DNA of 64,000 nt from Actinomycetota bacterium (lineage in GTDB: Bacteria > Actinomycetota > Acidimicrobiia > IMCC26256 > PALSA-610). The notes below the pieces were generated by a model that was given only the letters and a program-made list of their open reading frames with translations, was not told the DNA's origin and did not search any database. Below, piece by piece: positions 20,687 to 29,263 of this stretch; position 1 is the first letter of the stretch, and every line of letters starts with the position of its first letter. Location: NCBI GenBank assembly GCA_052390615.1, contig JBQTGT010000035.1, positions 14,142-78,141 of the forward strand, in the 5' to 3' direction. The translations under genes were made by a program, and so were the position numbers.

Positions 20687-22129
20687 TTACGGCGACGGGA
20701 CGCCGGTCGCGATCGTGAAGTCGGCCGCGCCAGAGAGCGTGCGGGTCGCGAGCACGGGACCCGACGCACGTACGAACAGTGCGCCGTCACCCGCGAACGC
20801 TTCCCCGAGCGACACGATCGTCGGCGCGCCCGGGAGCACCTCGACGTTGCGGAGCCCCGGGATCCGTTCGATCGTGCCGTCGTGCAGGATCGCGATGTCG
20901 ACTTCGACGCCCGCGACCGCCTGACCGACGGTGGCGAGGGCGAGATAGCCGGCCCGCTCGTCCGCAACCCGCGACCGCGCGAAGAGCCATTCTCGAGCGC
21001 CCTGCCCCACGCCCGGAACCGTCGCGACGCCGAGCGCGATCGTGTCGTCTCCGTAGCGGGTGAGCTGTTCGGCGACGATCGGCGCGTCCTGCAGCGAGTC
21101 GACTGTCACCGCGTACTGCAAGTCGGCTTCCACTGCCACGCAGTCCGCGAGTGCGCCCTCACCGCAACCACCGATCTGGACCCACGTCACGCCATCGGAC
21201 GGCACAGTGGCTTCGTGCAGGATCGGCGCGGCATCGACCGGCAGCGCGGCGACCTCGACGGTCGCGGCGACGATCCCGGAGTTGACAAGCGCGATGTAGG
21301 TCGGACCGGCGGTCGAAGTCGTGGCGTGCGCGAACGTCCACGTCAGCGCGGGCTCGACGACACCGACCGAGCGCGCGACACCCGGCGTCACCAGACCGGC
21401 CGTCCCGTCGGTGAATACGTGCGTCTGCTCGGCCACGACGCGGCCGGTACGCGTCGAGACCTCGACTGCGACGCGTTGCCGCCGTCGCTGGCCGTTGTCG
21501 TCGATCGAGATCGGTAGCCTCGAGCGCCGCGGGACGTCGACGACGAGCGGGATCGGTTTGACTTCTTCGTCGGTTCGCAGCGCCACGTCCACCTTGGCAT
21601 CGGTGCCGAGCGGGTTGAACAGCACGAGCCACTGCTGCACACCGCGCACGGTCGTTCCCGCGGCGAAATGCCACGTGCGTGCGGTAGTCGTCGCGCACGG
21701 GCCGATCGCCAACGAGCTCGCCGTCTCGATACCGGACTCGACGGTGAGGTCGCGCGAGAACGTCTCGACGACGACCGCGCCGGCCGGCCCCAACGACGCG
21801 CGCGCGGGATTCAGCACCGAGCGCGCGGGAACCTCGAGGGTTTGCGGTGCTGGCACGGCCGCGGGGTCGTCGGGATAGACGGTGACGACCACCCTCGTCG
21901 CGTCCGCGCCCACATTGGCGATGTGCAATACCTCGGACTCGACCGGAATACCAGTTGGCGCGCCCGCGCAATACCACGCGCTCGAGGTCGTGCCTTCGGG
22001 CGCGCGGGCGACCGCGTGCTCGACGTCCGCGCGCGTGGACACCACCTCCGGGTTGGCGTCACCAGCGACAGAGCCAAAAAGCACGAGACCGAGAATCACG
22101 AGGACGAGCGGGAGCCGGCGCGCGTTCAC
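20687..22129 (-). CDS. Secreted/anchored hypothetical protein, DUF5719-like
   Basis: Signal/anchor RRLPLVLVILGLVLFGSVAG followed by ~450 aa of beta-rich sequence. GTG at 22129 forms a GTGA overlap with the stop of the upstream giant GT2 (alternative ATGs at 22162/22183). The family call rests on remembered GT2+DUF5719 pairing in Actinomycetota. Confidence 0.6.
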   Translation of the reverse strand: MNARRLPLVLVILGLVLFGSVAGDANPEVVSTRADVEHAVARAPEGTTSSAWYCAGAPTGIPVESEVLHIANVGADATRVVVTVYPDDPAAVPAPQTLEVPARSVLNPARASLGPAGAVVVETFSRDLTVESGIETASSLAIGPCATTTARTWHFAAGTTVRGVQQWLVLFNPLGTDAKVDVALRTDEEVKPIPLVVDVPRRSRLPISIDDNGQRRRQRVAVEVSTRTGRVVAEQTHVFTDGTAGLVTPGVARSVGVVEPALTWTFAHATTSTAGPTYIALVNSGIVAATVEVAALPVDAAPILHEATVPSDGVTWVQIGGCGEGALADCVAVEADLQYAVTVDSLQDAPIVAEQLTRYGDDTIALGVATVPGVGQGAREWLFARSRVADERAGYLALATVGQAVAGVEVDIAILHDGTIERIPGLRNVEVLPGAPTIVSLGEAFAGDGALFVRASGPVLATRTLSGAADFTIATGVPSP

Positions 22130-25100
22130 CGGGCCCGCCTCGGTCGGCGGGTCCGCCACCATGCAACCACGACAACGAGCCACAGCAGCGGCTGGAGGTA
22201 CACGAAGAACCGCTTCGGTCCCGCGTCGAACGAGAGCTCGACGCGACCGCGCAGATCGAGCTCGAACGCGTTGGTCCAGTTGAACGCGGCCGAGCGCCGT
22301 GCCTCGTCACCGACAACGCGCGCGTTCCAGTCGTCGTGAGACGCCTCGGCCCAGAGCAGCGTCCCGGGACCAGCCGGCGCCGAACTCGACAACGGGCCCG
22401 CAACCGGCGTCGCGCCGGTGAGGTCCGCGAGCTCAGGGTCGACCGGGAACTCGCCACCAGAGGGCAACGTCGCGCGCCGCGCCGCCCACGCCGCGTTCTC
22501 GTACAAGGTGGCACCGCGCTCGACGCGCGAGACCGCGAGATCGAGTTGGTTTGCGAGCGCAGATGCCAATCGCGGATCGGGCCGCCCGCGCGGCCCAGAA
22601 TCCGGTCCCGCCCGTTCGACCACCGCGACATAGCGCACCCCCGCGGGCGCCACGAGATGACCGAAGCGAACGGTGCGACCTTCGCGCGCATCCGCGATCG
22701 CGTCGGCGAGCACGCGCTCGGCTCGCTCCTCGGGCGGCACCCAGAGCGCGCGCACGTCGCCGGGCCCATCGCGTGTGAGGCCGTAGCCGACACCGTCGAC
22801 GATTTTCGTGTCGGTGGGGAGCACCGAGGGGTCCCCGATCCACAGGACGCGGAAACCCCCGCGCTCCACCGTCTCGTCCATCCACGAGAAGTGCCCCGCC
22901 CAGTCGTCACGGCCGAGACGCCACCCGCCCTGCACCGTGTCGGCCGCCATGCCGACGACCGGCAGCGCCAGGCCCAGCGCGGCGGCGACCGCGACGAATT
23001 GGTGCCAGCCGAAACGGAACGTCCGCAACTCCTCGAGAAACGCGGCAACACCGAGGCCGACCGCGAGCGCGAGCCCGAGCGCGGCCGGGACGAGCACGCC
23101 TTCCGGCGACGGGACCGCCGCACCGGGGTCGAGGCGGCTCGGCACCCACGCGATCGCCAACGATGCCAGGACGAGCACCCACGCGCGCGCGGCCCACGCG
23201 AGGCGGGCGCCGGTCGCCACGGCGATCGGGAGCGCGGCGGCGACGAGCAAGCCCCACGGTGCGATACCCGATCCGGCGGCACCCGTTTGGAACCCGAGGA
23301 CATCCGTCAGCCCGAGCGGCCGGCGCGGCAACAACCCGAACGTCGCGGCATCCCCGCCGAGGATCGTGACCGACCAGGGCGCACACAGAACGAAGGCGGC
23401 GGCCGTCGTCGCCGCGGCGCCGAGAACGACGCGACGGGCGAGATCGAGCCCACGGGCGACGGGGACGGCGGCGGCGAACGCGAGCGCGATCACGACTCCG
23501 AGGAGCAACGCCGGTGGCCAGAATGCGGTCGCGACGAACAACAGCAGCGTGGTCGAGATCGCCGCGTGCAGCCGAGTTGCAACATCGTTCTCCGACGCCG
23601 CGCCGCGCAACATCGCGCTCGCGACGAAGGGCGCGAGCGCGAACAGGACCAGTGGGCCCAGTTGGCCTTCACCGATCGCGTTGCGCGCGATGGGGTTGGA
23701 CGCATACGCAACCGCGGCGGCCACGGCCGGGAATGACAACTCCGACAGCGGTCGCGTCAGGCGGAATGCCCCGATCGTCCCGAGCGGCAACGCGCCGGCG
23801 ACGAGCAGCGTCCGCGCGAGGTCGGTGTCACCGAAGAGAGCCGACGACAGCAGTGCGATGAGACCGAACGCCGGAGGCGCGGGCGCGTTGGCGCCGAGCA
23901 TCGCGTACCGCCACGGCGACAGGAACGTCGACCACAGCTCCGCGACCCCGGGCCAATCTTGCATTGTCCCGACCGCAGGGACCCGGTCGAGCACAAGCGA
24001 TCGCGAGCCGAGCACAATGAGGAAGCCGATCGCGACGGCGAGCAAAGAAGGTGCGCTGCGCAGCCGCCTCCGAGCCTGCGAGGCAGCCAGGCGTGTGCGA
24101 CTCGACACCTCCGCGAGACGGTCGCCGGCGTGCAGGCGGTGCATGACCAGGGAGCGCGCCCGCGCGCTGCCGCGCACCATGAGATCGCGAATGTCGCCGT
24201 CGTCGATTCGCCTTTGCCGTTGGACGATTCGACGGGCGCGCAGGATGCCTCCCGTCTGGCGCAGCGCCGAAAACCAACCGTTCAGCAGCGCGCCGCCGCG
24301 CCGCGGTCGGCGAGTGACGACATAACCGACAGCTTCGACGACGTTGAGAAAGAACGCGGCGGGGAGCACCCAGACCAGCGCGATGCCGGAGTACGACTTC
24401 ATCAACACACGCACGCGCGCGCGGGTCCAGCGTTGGAGATCCTCGCCGGAAAGGCGGCCGGGCCGCTCGTCCTGCATCGTCGCTTGGCGGTGACGGACGC
24501 GCGCGTCAGGGACGACGAGCACCCGCGCGCCCGCGAGGCGCGCCCGCCAACAGAGATCGATGTCGTCGGATCCGGGGAATGTTTGCGCGTCGAACCCGCC
24601 CAATTCGTGGAACAAGTCGGCGCGTACAAGCATCGCCGCGTTCGAAACGAAGAAGACGTCGCGCACTGAGTCGTGCTGTTCTTGGTCGAGCTCGCCGTGT
24701 TCGATACCCGAGAACGGCACGCCGTAGTGGTCCACCGCCATGCCGACCTCGAGCAGCACCTCGGGTCGTTCGTACTCGACGAGCTTGGGCCCGACCACCC
24801 CTGCATTCGACCGGTACGCCTCCTCGACCATCAGCCGCACGGCGTCGGGCTCGAGCACGACGTCGTCGTGGCAGAACAACAGGAACGTCGCGCCTTCGAT
24901 CGTCGCCATGGCGTCGTTCGCCGCGGCCGCGAAGCCGACGTTCTCCGGCAGTCGCCGAACGAAGGCGTGCGGCATCGCGGCAGCGATCCGTCCCGTGGGA
25001 TCGTCCGGCGAGCCGTTGTCGAGCACGAGCACCGACAGCGCCGGGTACTCCTGCGCCGCGAGGCTCCCAAGCGCGTCGTCGAGCAGCGGGCCGCCGTCGC

Positions 25101-25356
25101 TGGTGACCAGAACCGCGACAACGGTGGGGGCGACCGGCGGCAGTTCGTCGGGTTCGTCCGCCTCGAGGCCGTCGAGGTCGAAGGGCGCCGCGGCGTCGTC
25201 GGGGGCGGGCGCTTCTGTTTCCCCCGCGTCGGATTCGGCGGCGTTGGGTGCGAGAAGCCCAGCCCCGGGGTCCGGATCCGGTGTCTCCATGGGCCGGCCG
25301 AGACTAGCCCTCCCCTTCTTGTGCGGCCGGTCACGAGTGCTTGCAACTGTTAGCAT
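22126..25356 (-). CDS. Giant glycosyltransferase family 2 fused to a multi-TM domain and C-terminal extracytoplasmic domain
   Basis: 1076 aa. GT2 core VVAVLVTSDGGPLL...VLVLDNGSPD...FLLFCHDDVVL...DDIDLCWRARLAG. More than 12 hydrophobic helices in residues ~330-800. Alternative start METPDP at 25290. Confidence 0.85.
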   Translation of the reverse strand: MLTVASTRDRPHKKGRASLGRPMETPDPDPGAGLLAPNAAESDAGETEAPAPDDAAAPFDLDGLEADEPDELPPVAPTVVAVLVTSDGGPLLDDALGSLAAQEYPALSVLVLDNGSPDDPTGRIAAAMPHAFVRRLPENVGFAAAANDAMATIEGATFLLFCHDDVVLEPDAVRLMVEEAYRSNAGVVGPKLVEYERPEVLLEVGMAVDHYGVPFSGIEHGELDQEQHDSVRDVFFVSNAAMLVRADLFHELGGFDAQTFPGSDDIDLCWRARLAGARVLVVPDARVRHRQATMQDERPGRLSGEDLQRWTRARVRVLMKSYSGIALVWVLPAAFFLNVVEAVGYVVTRRPRRGGALLNGWFSALRQTGGILRARRIVQRQRRIDDGDIRDLMVRGSARARSLVMHRLHAGDRLAEVSSRTRLAASQARRRLRSAPSLLAVAIGFLIVLGSRSLVLDRVPAVGTMQDWPGVAELWSTFLSPWRYAMLGANAPAPPAFGLIALLSSALFGDTDLARTLLVAGALPLGTIGAFRLTRPLSELSFPAVAAAVAYASNPIARNAIGEGQLGPLVLFALAPFVASAMLRGAASENDVATRLHAAISTTLLLFVATAFWPPALLLGVVIALAFAAAVPVARGLDLARRVVLGAAATTAAAFVLCAPWSVTILGGDAATFGLLPRRPLGLTDVLGFQTGAAGSGIAPWGLLVAAALPIAVATGARLAWAARAWVLVLASLAIAWVPSRLDPGAAVPSPEGVLVPAALGLALAVGLGVAAFLEELRTFRFGWHQFVAVAAALGLALPVVGMAADTVQGGWRLGRDDWAGHFSWMDETVERGGFRVLWIGDPSVLPTDTKIVDGVGYGLTRDGPGDVRALWVPPEERAERVLADAIADAREGRTVRFGHLVAPAGVRYVAVVERAGPDSGPRGRPDPRLASALANQLDLAVSRVERGATLYENAAWAARRATLPSGGEFPVDPELADLTGATPVAGPLSSSAPAGPGTLLWAEASHDDWNARVVGDEARRSAAFNWTNAFELDLRGRVELSFDAGPKRFFVYLQPLLWLVVVVAWWRTRRPRRAR

Positions 25357-25369
25357 GTTCTGCTATCGT
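25341..25369 (+). promoter_or_regulatory. Candidate sigma-A type promoter TTGCAA-17 nt-TATCGT
   Basis: -35 at 25341-25346 and -10 at 25364-25369, about 54 nt upstream of the ATG at 25423, in the divergent intergenic region. Confidence 0.3.
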
Positions 25370-25422
25370 CGCGAGCAATCGTTGCCGTTCCCCGACCCGG
25401 GAAACCCGAAGGGAATCTTCTC

Positions 25423-25833
25423 ATGGACCTCAGCAAGACCCTCACCGACGCGGGCTACATCGCCATCGGCTTGGGTGTCATGGGCGTGCAGCAGGCTCAG
25501 GCTCGCCAGAAGCAGCTCCACGCGCGCGTCGGCGACGTCGCCGAGTGCACCGTGACCCGGGTGCGCTCGCTCTCGGCCTCGCTCTCGGATCGTGTCGAGT
25601 CGCAGAGTCGCACGTTCGAGACGCGCACGCGTGAAGCCGCGGAACGGGCCGAGCAGCAGCTCAAGGCGACCGTGACCCGGGTGCACGAACTCGGCACCGA
25701 GCTCACGAGCCGGGTCGAGCCGCTCGTCGAGCAGGTGCAGGCGCGGGTCGCGGACCTGCCCGAGCGCGTCGCCCAGGCAATGGAGCCGGTAACCGCGCGG
25801 GTGCGCGAACGCTTCAGCTCCGCCGCGGCCTGA
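25423..25833 (+). CDS. Hypothetical helical-repeat protein (apolipoprotein/HbhA-like composition) with N-terminal hydrophobic segment
   Basis: 136 aa, strong third-position GC. Repetitive amphipathic R/E/V/A-rich helices. TTGCAA-17-TATCGT promoter-like sequence upstream; hairpin downstream. Confidence 0.6.
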   Translation: MDLSKTLTDAGYIAIGLGVMGVQQAQARQKQLHARVGDVAECTVTRVRSLSASLSDRVESQSRTFETRTREAAERAEQQLKATVTRVHELGTELTSRVEPLVEQVQARVADLPERVAQAMEPVTARVRERFSSAAA

Positions 25834-25862
25834 TCAACCTCGACATTCGAACCATCGTCGGG

Positions 25863-25886
25863 GCGGCCGACAGGCCGCTCTGTTCG
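25863..25886 (+). terminator. Candidate intrinsic terminator after the 25423-25833 gene
   Basis: GCGGCC-GACA-GGCCGC stem-loop followed by TCTGTTCG. Short stem and weak U-tract. Confidence 0.3.
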
Positions 25887-25900
25887 CGCCGGTCGGTAGA

Positions 25901-26836
25901 TTGCGCGCCGTGCTCGCAGCGCTTGCGGGTGGCGTCGGCGCCGCCCGATTCCTCTCCGGTCTCATCCGTGCGGTCCCGCCCGCAGACGTCGTCGCGATCG
26001 TGAACACGGCCGACGACGACGAGTTCCACGGCCTGCACGTCTCGCCCGATCTCGACTCGGTGACCTACACACTCGCCGGTGCCTCGAATGCAAGCCAGGG
26101 GTGGGGGCTCGAGGGCGAGACGTACGCGACCCTCGGCGCCATCGGTCGCTACGAGCCACAGACGTGGTTCCGACTCGGCGACAGGGACCTCGCGACACAC
26201 TTGTACCGCACACGCCGGCTGCGCGAGGGCGCGCCACTGTCGACTGTCACAACCGAGATCGTCCGCGCGTGGGGCCTCGGCGTGCAGTTGCTGCCGATGA
26301 CTGACGACGCGGTTCGCACTCGCATCACCGTCGCCGGCGGCGACGAGCTGGCGATGCAGGAATGGTTCGTGCGCGACCGCGCGGAGCCCGCTGTCATCTC
26401 GGTCCGCTTCGACGGCGCCGCCGCGGCCGCACCCGCGCCGGGCGTGCTCACGGCCTTGCACCGCGCCGACACAATCGTCATCTGCCCGTCGAATCCGGTG
26501 ATCTCGATCGCCCCGATCCTCGCCGTGCCCGGCATTCGGGAAGCACTGACTGCCCGGCGTACGCGCGTCGTCGCGATCAGCCCGATTGTCGGCGGCGCAC
26601 CGGTCAAAGGGCCGGCCGACCGCTTGATGGCGCCACTCGGCATTGACGTGTCGTGTGTCGGAGTCGCGCGGGAGTATGCGGCGCTGTGCGCGACGTTGGT
26701 GATCGACGCGGTCGACGAGCAGCGGGTGGCCGAGGTCGAGGCCGCGGGTGTGCGCGCCGTCGTCGCCGACACGATGATGCGCAGCCCCGACGTCGCGGCG
26801 GCACTCGCCCGCCGGGCGCTTGCGGCCGTCGCGTGA
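25901..26836 (+). CDS. cofD: 2-phospho-L-lactate transferase (F420 biosynthesis, CofD/FbiA)
   Basis: LAALAGGVGAARFLSG...VNTADDDEFHGLHVSPDLDSVTYTLAG are canonical CofD blocks. TTG at 25901 or GTG at 25910. Confidence 0.92.
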   Translation: MRAVLAALAGGVGAARFLSGLIRAVPPADVVAIVNTADDDEFHGLHVSPDLDSVTYTLAGASNASQGWGLEGETYATLGAIGRYEPQTWFRLGDRDLATHLYRTRRLREGAPLSTVTTEIVRAWGLGVQLLPMTDDAVRTRITVAGGDELAMQEWFVRDRAEPAVISVRFDGAAAAAPAPGVLTALHRADTIVICPSNPVISIAPILAVPGIREALTARRTRVVAISPIVGGAPVKGPADRLMAPLGIDVSCVGVAREYAALCATLVIDAVDEQRVAEVEAAGVRAVVADTMMRSPDVAAALARRALAAVA

Positions 26837-27540
26837 CGATCACGATCGTCCCCATCGAGGGGATCGGCGAGATCGAACCCGGCGACGAACTGGCCACGTT
26901 CGTGATCGAGGCCGCGGCCGCGCAGGGCACGCCGCTCGCCGCCGCCGACTGCGTCGTCGTCACGCAGAAGGTCGTCTCGAAGGCCGAAGGGCGGCTGGTC
27001 TCGCTCGACCCCGACGACCTCGCGGCGCGTCGGGCGCTCGTCGAGTCCGAGTCGGTGCGGATCGTCCGGCGCCGCGGCGACTTGATCATCAGCGAGACAC
27101 GGCACGGTTTTGTGTGCGCGAACGCCGGCGTCGACCTATCGAACGTCGACGTCGGATCAGCCGCGCTGTTGCCGGCCGATCCTGATCGCTCCGCCAAGCA
27201 CATCCGCGACGCGGTTCGGGCCCGCGCCGGTGTCGAGGTCGCGGTCGTCGTCTCCGACACGTTCGGACGGCCGTGGCGTCGAGGACTGACCGACGTCGCG
27301 ATCGGCGTCAGCGGAATCGGCGCGGTCGTCGACCTGCGCGAGACACCGGACGCGCGCGGGCGGTTGTTGCACGTCACCGAAATCGCTATCGCCGACGAGA
27401 TCGCCGCCGCCGCCGAACTCGTGATGGGCAAGACGGCCAATGTGCCGGTCGCGATCGTGCGCGGCCTCGACCGATCGTGGTTCCGTGAAGGTTCCTACCG
27501 CGAGCTCATCCGGCCCGCGGCCGAGGACTTGTTCCGGTGA
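26833..27540 (+). CDS. cofE: Coenzyme F420-0:L-glutamate ligase (CofE; FbiB N-terminal-domain equivalent)
   Basis: GTG at 26833 (GTGA overlap with the cofD stop). VTQKVVSKAEGR...GFVCANAGVDLSN...VVVSDTFGRPWR motifs. Confidence 0.9.
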   Translation: MTITIVPIEGIGEIEPGDELATFVIEAAAAQGTPLAAADCVVVTQKVVSKAEGRLVSLDPDDLAARRALVESESVRIVRRRGDLIISETRHGFVCANAGVDLSNVDVGSAALLPADPDRSAKHIRDAVRARAGVEVAVVVSDTFGRPWRRGLTDVAIGVSGIGAVVDLRETPDARGRLLHVTEIAIADEIAAAAELVMGKTANVPVAIVRGLDRSWFREGSYRELIRPAAEDLFR

Positions 27541-28148
27541 GCGGGCGCGTGCCCGCGTTCATTCAGGCGCGCCGATCGATCCGAGCGTTCGCGCCCGGCG
27601 TCGTGGCGCGCGAGGTGCTCGACACGTTGGTCGAGTCGGCGTGCGCCGCGCCGGCGCCGCACCATTCGCGTCCGTGGCGCTTCGTCGTCGTGGACAGCGA
27701 CACGGGAAAGGACACCCTGGCACGCGGCATGGGTGCGCGCTGGCGCGCCGATCTCGAACGCGATGGCGTCGCGGAGGCCCGTATCGACGAACTCGTCGCA
27801 ACGTCGCACGAGAAGCTCGTGCGTGCGCCCGCGCTCGTGGTCGGCTGTCTCACGTGGGACGGACTCGACCGCTACCCCGACGTTGCCCGCCAGCGGGCCG
27901 AGTGGGGAATGGCGTTGCTGTCGCTCGGCGCGGCCGTCGAGAACCTGATGCTCGCCGCCGCTGATTGCGGGCTGGCGTCGTGCTGGGTCGCGGCGCCGAT
28001 CTTTTGTCCCGAGGCGGCGCGCGATGCGCTCACGTTGCCGGGCGAGTGGCTGCCTCACGCGCTCGTACTCGTCGGGCACCCCGATCCGAGCTACGTCGGA
28101 CGCACACGCCCGCCCGTCGCCCTCCCCGACCTTCGCACATTCCGCTAG
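27537..28148 (+). CDS. Nitroreductase-fold protein (FbiB C-terminal-domain equivalent), separate gene
   Basis: GTG at 27537 (GTGA overlap with the cofE stop, different frame). IQARRSIRAF...APAPHHSRPWRFVVV...WVAAPIF nitroreductase family pattern. Confidence 0.85.
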   Translation: MSGRVPAFIQARRSIRAFAPGVVAREVLDTLVESACAAPAPHHSRPWRFVVVDSDTGKDTLARGMGARWRADLERDGVAEARIDELVATSHEKLVRAPALVVGCLTWDGLDRYPDVARQRAEWGMALLSLGAAVENLMLAAADCGLASCWVAAPIFCPEAARDALTLPGEWLPHALVLVGHPDPSYVGRTRPPVALPDLRTFR

Positions 28149-28181
28149 CACCGCCCTCGCCCAGTCGCCACCCGTCGCCCG

Positions 28182-29138
28182 TCATATCTGCGCCGCGAAA
28201 CCCGGATAGTTCCCGGTTTGCGGCGCAGGTATGAGCGCGCGGAGGACACGGACGAGCTCGGGACCGCCGCGCTTCACGTCCAGATGGCGCGCTTCGACGA
28301 TTCGCCACCCGGCCGCGACGAGACGGTTGCGCCGCTCGGCGTCTCGCGCGAGCGACATCTCGTCGGTGTGTTCCTGCATGCTCTCGTACTCGATCGCGAC
28401 CAGCCACTCGAGGAGGGAGAGATCGGGACGTGCGATGAACGCGCCCGCGGCGTCGCGAATCTCGTGTTGGGGTATCGCTCTGGGAATGTCGTTGTCACGC
28501 AAGATCTGCAGCACCGCTGTCTCCATGTCGCTCTCCGTCGGCCGCTGTTGCGGGTCCCATCGTTCGAGCACGGCGCGCAGCACGCGCACCCCGGGGCGCC
28601 CGCGGGCCGCAAAGCGTCCGAACGTCTCGTGCACACTCGCGAAGGTCACGAGTCGCCGGCGGCGCATCGAGTGGAGCACCTTCTCCACGAATGCCGGCGA
28701 GCGGTACATCGCCGCGTACTGGAGGAGCAACAACTCCGGCGCGACGACGGGAACGCCGTCGTGTAGTCGGACATCGCGAGCACCAATACGGGTCGACTCG
28801 TGCACCAACAGAGCGGGGTGCTTCGACCGGAGCCACCTCGGGCACGTGATCTCGATGACGGTGCACAGCCCGCCCGGGAGGCCGTAGAAAGCACCAGCGG
28901 TCCGGTGCGATGCAACGGCGTGTGGCGCGCCCGCGAGGCACGCGGCACGAACGCGCGCTGGCCAGGTCAGTGGAGTCCCGGGCGCGAGATACACACCTTG
29001 ATACAAGGCGCGCCATTCTTGCTCCACACAGAACGCGATTTCGGCCTCCGAGAGTTCCGCGGCCCGCGCGTGTTCGATGGTGAAGACGCCGTCCCGACTT
29101 GCTGCACCGAGGTAGAGCTGCCGCTTCGACTCGATCAT
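28182..29138 (-). CDS. AbiEi-N-like wHTH + DUF559/Vsr-like endonuclease-fold protein (accessory)
   Basis: 318 aa. N-terminus GVFTIEHARAAELSEAEIAFCVEQEWRALYQGVY; C-terminus ARPDLSLLEWLVAIEYES...RDAERRNRLVAAGWRIV. The last ~15 codons and the stop are encoded inside the palindromic repeat at 28183-28230. Confidence 0.7.
   Translation of the reverse strand: MIESKRQLYLGAASRDGVFTIEHARAAELSEAEIAFCVEQEWRALYQGVYLAPGTPLTWPARVRAACLAGAPHAVASHRTAGAFYGLPGGLCTVIEITCPRWLRSKHPALLVHESTRIGARDVRLHDGVPVVAPELLLLQYAAMYRSPAFVEKVLHSMRRRRLVTFASVHETFGRFAARGRPGVRVLRAVLERWDPQQRPTESDMETAVLQILRDNDIPRAIPQHEIRDAAGAFIARPDLSLLEWLVAIEYESMQEHTDEMSLARDAERRNRLVAAGWRIVEARHLDVKRGGPELVRVLRALIPAPQTGNYPGFAAQI
28188..28228. repeat. 41-bp palindromic element, copy 1
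   Basis: CTGCGCCGCGAAACCCGGATAGTTCCCGGTTTGCGGCGCAG. 9-bp perfect outer stem CTGCGCCGC/GCGGCGCAG. Lies between the convergent 3' ends of the nitroreductase-like gene and the DUF559-like gene. Confidence 0.9.
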
Positions 29139-29189
29139 GGTCGGGCAGCTTGCCTGTCGGGTGAGACAAGAACGCCGCCCGGCCCATAC

Positions 29190-29230
29190 CTGCGCCGCGA
29201 AACCCGGATAGTTCCCGGTTTGCGGCGCAG
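29190..29230. repeat. 41-bp palindromic element, copy 2
   Basis: Identical 41-mer. With flanks (29185-29232) it is 47/48 identical to 28183-28230. Lies 3' of the galE-like gene. Confidence 0.9.
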
Positions 29231-29263
29231 GTTCGAGGGAGGCGGCGAGGCGGGTGGGCCGGG

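Noticed and set aside
21955-23736. 593-aa plus-strand ORF (and the 414-aa minus-strand ORF 22059..23303) inside the giant GT2 gene
   Set aside because: These are alternative-frame or antisense shadows with extreme Arg/Gly/Asp/Pro content and no motifs. The GT2/TM frame has clear hydrophobic helices and GT2 motifs.
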